A DNA stretch of 32,000 bases. Origin: Mycolicibacterium smegmatis. GTDB lineage: Bacteria; Actinomycetota; Actinomycetes; Mycobacteriales; Mycobacteriaceae. How positions within the stretch are numbered: position 1 is the stretch's first letter; each line of letters begins with the position of its first letter. A program made the translations under genes and the position numbers. Positions 27,776 to 32,000 of this stretch are shown piece by piece. The stretch spans positions 5,910,001 to 5,942,000 of the forward strand of contig NZ_LN831039.1 in NCBI RefSeq assembly GCF_001457595.1, written 5' to 3'. The notes under the pieces were generated by a model. That model was not told where the DNA came from and did no database searches. It saw only the letters and a list, made by a program, of their open reading frames with translations.

Positions 27776-28315
27776 ATGGCGTCACGTGAACAACTCGAAG
27801 ACTGGGTCGACCGCTGGCTCACGGCCAACCGCGAGGCCGAGAAGGCCGGTGACTGGAAACCGTTGGCGGACTTCTACACCGAGGACGCCACGTACGGCTG
27901 GAACATCGGCCCCAAAGAAGACGTCATGTGCGTCGGCCGCGACGAGATCCGCGACGTGGCCCTGGGCCTGGAGATGGAGGGCCTGGAGAACTGGGTCTAC
28001 GAATACCAGAAGGTGATCATCGACGAGAAGCAGGGCGAGATCGTCGGCTTCTGGAAGCAGATCGCCAACAAGAGCGACGGCTCACGCGCGGAGATCTACG
28101 GTATCGGCGGCAGCTGGTTCCGCCTCGACGACCAGCTGCTCATCGAGTGGCAGCGCGACTTCTTCGACTTCGGTCACGTCGCGAAGGGCTACGCGAAGCT
28201 CATCGAATCCGGCGACCTGACCCCGGCCATGCAGAAGCGCATCGAACGCTCGTTGAGCGGTGAGAAGCTGCCCGGGTACTACCCGATCGGCACCAGCCCG
28301 GTCCCGATCTGGTGA
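27776..28315 (+). CDS. NTF2/SnoaL-like fold protein (Rv0762c-like), 179 aa
   Basis: ATG 27776 has a GAGGA 8 nt upstream. The alternative ATG 27761 overlaps the fdx stop (ATGA). Position as in Mtb. Confidence 0.8.
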   Translation: MASREQLEDWVDRWLTANREAEKAGDWKPLADFYTEDATYGWNIGPKEDVMCVGRDEIRDVALGLEMEGLENWVYEYQKVIIDEKQGEIVGFWKQIANKSDGSRAEIYGIGGSWFRLDDQLLIEWQRDFFDFGHVAKGYAKLIESGDLTPAMQKRIERSLSGEKLPGYYPIGTSPVPIW

Positions 28316-28360
28316 GGTGTCACCAACCGACCACCCGGTTGGGGCTATTGTGACCTGGAT

Positions 28361-28373
28361 AACTAGGCTAGTT
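28361..28373. promoter_or_regulatory. Perfect 13-nt palindrome AACTAGgCTAGTT in the AT-richer gap upstream of adhB; candidate operator or internal promoter region
   Basis: Read directly. It lies in the only sizeable (99-nt) gap of the plus-strand gene string. TTGTGA (28348-28353) and TAGTTT (28369-28374) are nearby. Confidence 0.25.
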
Positions 28374-28414
28374 TCGACGCCAACCCGATCACTTCTCGGA
28401 AAGCAGGAGCTTTG

Positions 28415-29542
28415 ATGAAGACAAAAGGTGCTCTCATCTGGGAGTTCAACCAGCCGTGGTCGATCGAGGAGATCGAGATCGGTGACCCCGTCAAGGACGA
28501 GGTCAAGATCCAGATGGAAGCGTCCGGGATGTGCCACTCCGATCACCACCTGGTGACCGGCGGCATCCCGATGGGTGGCTTCCCGGTGCTCGGCGGCCAC
28601 GAGGGTGCGGGCATCGTCACCGAGGTGGGTCCTGGCGTCGAGGGCATCGAGCCCGGCGACCACGTCGTGCTGTCGTTCATCCCGTCCTGCGGTTCGTGCC
28701 CGTCGTGCCAGGCCGGCCTGCGCAACCTCTGCGATCTGGGCGCGGGTCTGCTCGGTGGCGTCGCCGTCGCCGACGGCACCCACCGCATCCACGCGAACGG
28801 CAAGCCGGTGTTCCCGATGACACTGCTGGGCACGTTCTCGCCGTACATGGTGGTGCACAAGAGCTCGGTGGTGAAGATCGACAAGTCGATCCCGTTCGAG
28901 GTGGCCTGCCTCGTGGGCTGCGGTGTCACCACGGGCTACGGCTCGGCGGTGCGCAGCGGCGACATCCGCCCCGGCGACGACGTCGCGATCTTCGGCATCG
29001 GCGGTGTCGGCATGGGTGCGCTGCAGGGCGCCGTGAACGCCGGTGCGCGTTACATCTTCGCGATCGACCCGGTCGAGTGGAAGCGCGATCAGGCGCTGAA
29101 GTTCGGCGCCACCCACGTCTACCCCGACGTCTTCTCGGCCATGGCGGGCATCGCCGAGGTGACCGCGGGCGGCATGGCCAAGAAGGTCATCGTGACCGTC
29201 GGCGAGCTGCACGGTGAGGACATCGACAACTACCTCAACGTGACCAGCAAGGGCGGCACGTGCGTGGTGACCGCTGTCGGCAGCATGCTCGACACGAACG
29301 CCAACATCAACCTGGCGATGCTGACCCTGCTGCAGAAGAACCTGCAGGGCACCATCTTCGGTGGCGGCAACCCGCACCACGACATCCCGCAGCTGCTGAG
29401 CATGTACAAGGCGGGCAAGCTCAACCTCGACGACATGGTCACGCGCCAGTACCGCCTGGAGCAGATCAACGACGGCTACCAGGACATGCTCGAAGGCCGC
29501 AACATCCGCGGCGTCATCCGCTACACCGACGCCGACCGCTGA
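28415..29542 (+). CDS. adhB: Zn-dependent alcohol dehydrogenase (class III-like), 375 aa
   Basis: Near-identical stretches to the remembered Mtb AdhB (Rv0761c): MKTKGALIWEFNQPWS, GMCHSDHH, GHEGAGIVTEVGPGV, GIGGVG, NIRGVIRYTD. AGGAG lies 6 nt before ATG 28415. Confidence 0.92.
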   Translation: MKTKGALIWEFNQPWSIEEIEIGDPVKDEVKIQMEASGMCHSDHHLVTGGIPMGGFPVLGGHEGAGIVTEVGPGVEGIEPGDHVVLSFIPSCGSCPSCQAGLRNLCDLGAGLLGGVAVADGTHRIHANGKPVFPMTLLGTFSPYMVVHKSSVVKIDKSIPFEVACLVGCGVTTGYGSAVRSGDIRPGDDVAIFGIGGVGMGALQGAVNAGARYIFAIDPVEWKRDQALKFGATHVYPDVFSAMAGIAEVTAGGMAKKVIVTVGELHGEDIDNYLNVTSKGGTCVVTAVGSMLDTNANINLAMLTLLQKNLQGTIFGGGNPHHDIPQLLSMYKAGKLNLDDMVTRQYRLEQINDGYQDMLEGRNIRGVIRYTDADR

Positions 29543-29552
29543 CAGGGGATCC

Positions 29553-29990
29553 ATGACCGAAGCGACCGACACCTCCACCGAGACACCTGTCGTCACCGCG
29601 TCGCGGGCGTCGTGGCGCTGCGTACAGGCCGGTGACCGCGAGGGCTGGCTGGCCCTGATGGCCGACGACGTCGTCATCGAGGACCCGATCGGGCAGGCCG
29701 TCACCAATCCCGACGGCACCGGTGTGCGCGGCAAGGACGCCGTCGCGGCGTTCTTCGACCAGAACATCGGACCCAACCGGTTGACGGTCACGTGCGAGGA
29801 GACGTTCCCGTCGAGCTCGCCGACCGAGATCGCCTACATCCTGGTGCTGCACACCAGGTTTCCCAACGGGTTCACCGCGACCGTGCGTGGTGTGTTCACC
29901 TACAAGGTGAACGACGCGGGCCTGATCACCAACCTGCGTGGCTACTGGAACATGGACGCGATGAAGTTCGGCCAGGAAGAGACCGATTAG
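29553..29990 (+). CDS. NTF2-like / ketosteroid-isomerase-fold protein (Rv0760c-like), 145 aa
   Basis: SnoaL-like pattern (W..V.AGD...W.ALMADDVV.EDP). Position after adhB as in Mtb. Confidence 0.85.
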   Translation: MTEATDTSTETPVVTASRASWRCVQAGDREGWLALMADDVVIEDPIGQAVTNPDGTGVRGKDAVAAFFDQNIGPNRLTVTCEETFPSSSPTEIAYILVLHTRFPNGFTATVRGVFTYKVNDAGLITNLRGYWNMDAMKFGQEETD

Positions 29991-30015
29991 CGGTCCGCTT
30001 GCCGGCCGCGGCGCG

Positions 30016-30843
30016 GTGGTCGTCGGCGGCAGCCGGGGCATCGGTCTCGCGGTCGCCGGTCTGCTCGCGGCGCAGGGCGCCGGCGTCGTGGTCAACGGCC
30101 GCGACGCCGACGCCGCGGAAGCGGCCGCGAAACGGATTTCCGGTGTGGCACATGCCGGTTCGCCCGCAGATCCCGCGGTCGCCGATGCGCTCGTCGACAC
30201 GTGCGTCGCCGAGTTCGGCCGCATCGACATCCTGGTGAACTGCGCGGGCACGGCCGAACCGCACGGGTCGTCGATTCTCGACATCACCAGCGCGCAGTTC
30301 CGTGAGCTGCTCGATGCGCATCTGGGCACGGTGTTCGAAACGTGCCGCGCCGCAGCGCCGAAGATGGTCGCTCACGGCGGCGGCGCCATCGTCAACACCG
30401 GTTCGTTCGCCTACCTCGGCGACTACGGCGGCACCGGTTACCCCGCGGGCAAGGGCGGGGTCAACGCGCTCACGATGGCGGTCGCGGCCGAACTGCGCGA
30501 GCACAAGGTGCGGGCCAACGTGGTGTGCCCTGGCGCCAAGACCAGGTTGTCCACCGGGCCGGAGTACGAGCGGCACATCGCCGAACTCAACCGGCGCGGT
30601 CTGCTCGACGACGTGAGCGCCCAGGGCGCGCTCGACGCCGCGGCACCCGAGTACGCCGCGGCCACCTACGCGTATCTGGTCAGCGACGCCGCACGTGACG
30701 TGACGGGCCGCATCTTCATCGCCGCGGGTGGATTCGTCGGTGAATTCGCCCGCCCCACACCGGGTTTCCTGGGGTTCCGCGACCACCACACGTCACCGCC
30801 GTGGACCGCCGACGAACTGCACCAGATGATCAGTGGCGGGTAG
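30016..30843 (+). CDS. Short-chain dehydrogenase/reductase, at least 275 aa; the true start is probably upstream (see finding at 29965-30018)
   Basis: GGSRGIG, NCAG and YPAGK (YxxxK). The coordinates use the only canonical start (GTG 30016), but the in-frame upstream codons encode the expected N-terminal strand. Confidence 0.8.
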   Translation: MVVGGSRGIGLAVAGLLAAQGAGVVVNGRDADAAEAAAKRISGVAHAGSPADPAVADALVDTCVAEFGRIDILVNCAGTAEPHGSSILDITSAQFRELLDAHLGTVFETCRAAAPKMVAHGGGAIVNTGSFAYLGDYGGTGYPAGKGGVNALTMAVAAELREHKVRANVVCPGAKTRLSTGPEYERHIAELNRRGLLDDVSAQGALDAAAPEYAAATYAYLVSDAARDVTGRIFIAAGGFVGEFARPTPGFLGFRDHHTSPPWTADELHQMISGG

Positions 30844-31162
30844 CGCACGTCCCGCGTTCGAAGCGCCTGCCGCGCCACGCCGGACGCGCGCCGTGTGAGA
30901 CCGGGACCTTGAACGGGCGGTAGTACGTCAGCACGACGTTGTCGGGGTCATCGGGCGAGTCGGTGCAGTCGAAGAACACCCAACCGTCGACGCCGCGGCG
31001 GATGAGTTCGGGATGGTCGGCCACCTCCCACCAACTCGCGGCGGGGACATCGAGGTCCATCCACTCGAAGCGGTCATCTCGTTCGTTCGGGGAGGCCGGT
31101 TCCTCACCTTCTGCTTCCCACCTGACCGCGTCGGCCACGAGCCCGTCAACTCCTTCGCACAT
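30830..31162 (-). CDS. Small acidic hypothetical protein, 110 aa
   Basis: Intact ORF with coding-like codon usage (hand-read codons mostly G/C-ending). No family recognised. Its 3' end overlaps the convergent SDR by 14 nt. Confidence 0.5.
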
Positions 31163-31233
31163 CTAATAAGCCCTTCTATCCAACCGCTTGGTCGGCGCGG
31201 ACGCAACGAGACGGTCGTCTCACCGGCGTCACT

Positions 31234-31662
31234 ATGCTCATGTCCATGGCGACCGTCTTCACGAAGATCATCAACCGCGAACTGCCCGGCCGTTTCGTCT
31301 ACGAAGACGACGACATCGTGGCGTTCCTGACGATCGAACCCATGACGCAGGGCCACACGCTCGTGGTGCCGCGCGCCGAACTCGACAACTGGCAGGACAT
31401 CGAACCCGCCGTGTTCGCCCGGGTCATGGAGGTCTCGCAGTTGATCGGCAAGGCGGTCTGCAAGGCCTTCGACACCGAGCGTTCGGGCCTGATCATCGCC
31501 GGCCTCGAGGTGCCGCACCTGCACGTCCACGTCTTCCCCGCGCGCAACCTGTCCGACTTCGGGTTCGCCAACGTCGACCGCAACCCGTCACCGGAGTCCC
31601 TCGACGAGGCGCAGGCGAAGATCAAAGCCGCGCTGGCAGATCTGCAATCCGCGGCAGGCTGA
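31234..31662 (+). CDS. HIT-family (histidine triad) nucleotide hydrolase/transferase (Rv0759c-like), 142 aa
   Basis: Histidine triad HLHVHVF and N-terminal [10 protein letters not shown]. There are three in-frame ATGs (31234, 31240, 31246). TATGCT at 31233-31238 lies 7 nt before ATG 31246, which would fit a leaderless transcript. Confidence 0.9.
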
Positions 31663-32000
31663 CGGTGAACCGGGAGCCCTTCCCGAGCGCCGTGGTGACC
31701 TTCACGGTTCCGCCGTGCGCGTACACCAGTGAGTCGACGATGGACAGTCCCAGCCCCGTGCCGCCGCTGGCGCGGGTGCGCGACGTGTCCGCGCGGTAGA
31801 ACCGCTCGAACACGCGGCGCGCATCCTCCTGGCTCATGCCGGGGCCCTCGTCGCACACTTCGAGAACCGCGTTGTCGCCGTCGGTGCCCACACGCACCGT
31901 GATGCCCGCGGTCTCGGGCGTGTGCTGTACGGCGTTGGCGACGAGGTTGCCGATCACCTGGCGCAGGCGGGCCTCGTCGCCCAGCACCTCCGGGGTGCCC
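31622..32000 (-). CDS. phoR: Sensor histidine kinase, C-terminal HATPase domain only (5' end beyond the window); phoR-like by synteny
   Basis: N-box [12 protein letters not shown]1 box DEGPGM, G2 box [10 protein letters not shown]. Its position next to the HIT gene matches Mtb Rv0758/Rv0759c. Confidence 0.8.

Noticed and set aside
29553-30843. Programmed +1 frameshift fusing the KSI-fold protein to the downstream SDR.
   Set aside because: The SDR frame opens only 23 nt before the upstream TAG, and no slippery motif is evident. A coupled re-initiation at ATT 29986 with its SD-like AGGAAGAG explains the data more simply.

Overview
High-GC actinobacterial chromosomal DNA, densely coding on both strands. 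I call 37 CDS (two truncated at the window edges) and found no rRNA, tRNA, CRISPR array, transposase or integrase. Calls rest on motif and ortholog recall plus hand checks of start and stop codons; no searches were run. Gene order matches the Mycobacterium tuberculosis Rv0757-Rv0782 neighbourhood: phoR, HIT, adhB, fdx, cyp51, cyp123, aldA, purD, purB, cyp126, purC, ptrB. Extra genes typical of a fast-growing Mycolicibacterium (M. smegmatis-like) are interspersed. Content from left to right:
- a tetR-gpx operon divergent from a DoxX-like gene;
- intact oligopeptidase B translationally coupled to purC;
- a non-syntenic block holding a DUF559/AbiEi-like nuclease, a DUF1707 protein and a TDT-family transporter;
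- a purB-P450 operon;
- a DUF429 (RNase H-like) plus RelA/SpoT fusion (RelZ / MS_RHII-RSD type) divergent from purB;
- a tetR-amino acid permease pair, a Tat-exported esterase and purD;
- a CYP125-like P450 with its own TetR;
- a roughly 12-kb bidirectional oxidoreductase supercluster around one TetR-containing divergent region, with aldA-SDR-HIBADH-CMD-orphan on the minus strand and tetR-cyp123-SDR-cyp51-fdx-NTF2-adhB-KSI-like-SDR on the plus strand;
- an acidic orphan, a HIT protein and the 3' end of a phoR-like kinase.
The window holds four P450s and four TetR regulators. Items most worth a second look:
- the RelZ-type nuclease/alarmone-synthetase fusion embedded among pur genes;
- the CYP51 supercluster of unknown substrate, including a Cys/His-rich 408-aa orphan with an apparent internal duplication;
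- two long, unrelated hairpins that each begin on a stop codon (5428-5476 and 18551-18610);
- an SDR whose Rossmann-fold N-terminus lies upstream of any canonical start codon (possible ATT start overlapping the upstream TAG);
- long or motif-sharing inverted repeats in TetR-controlled divergent promoter regions.
Nothing here is a clear-cut new defence or mobile system.
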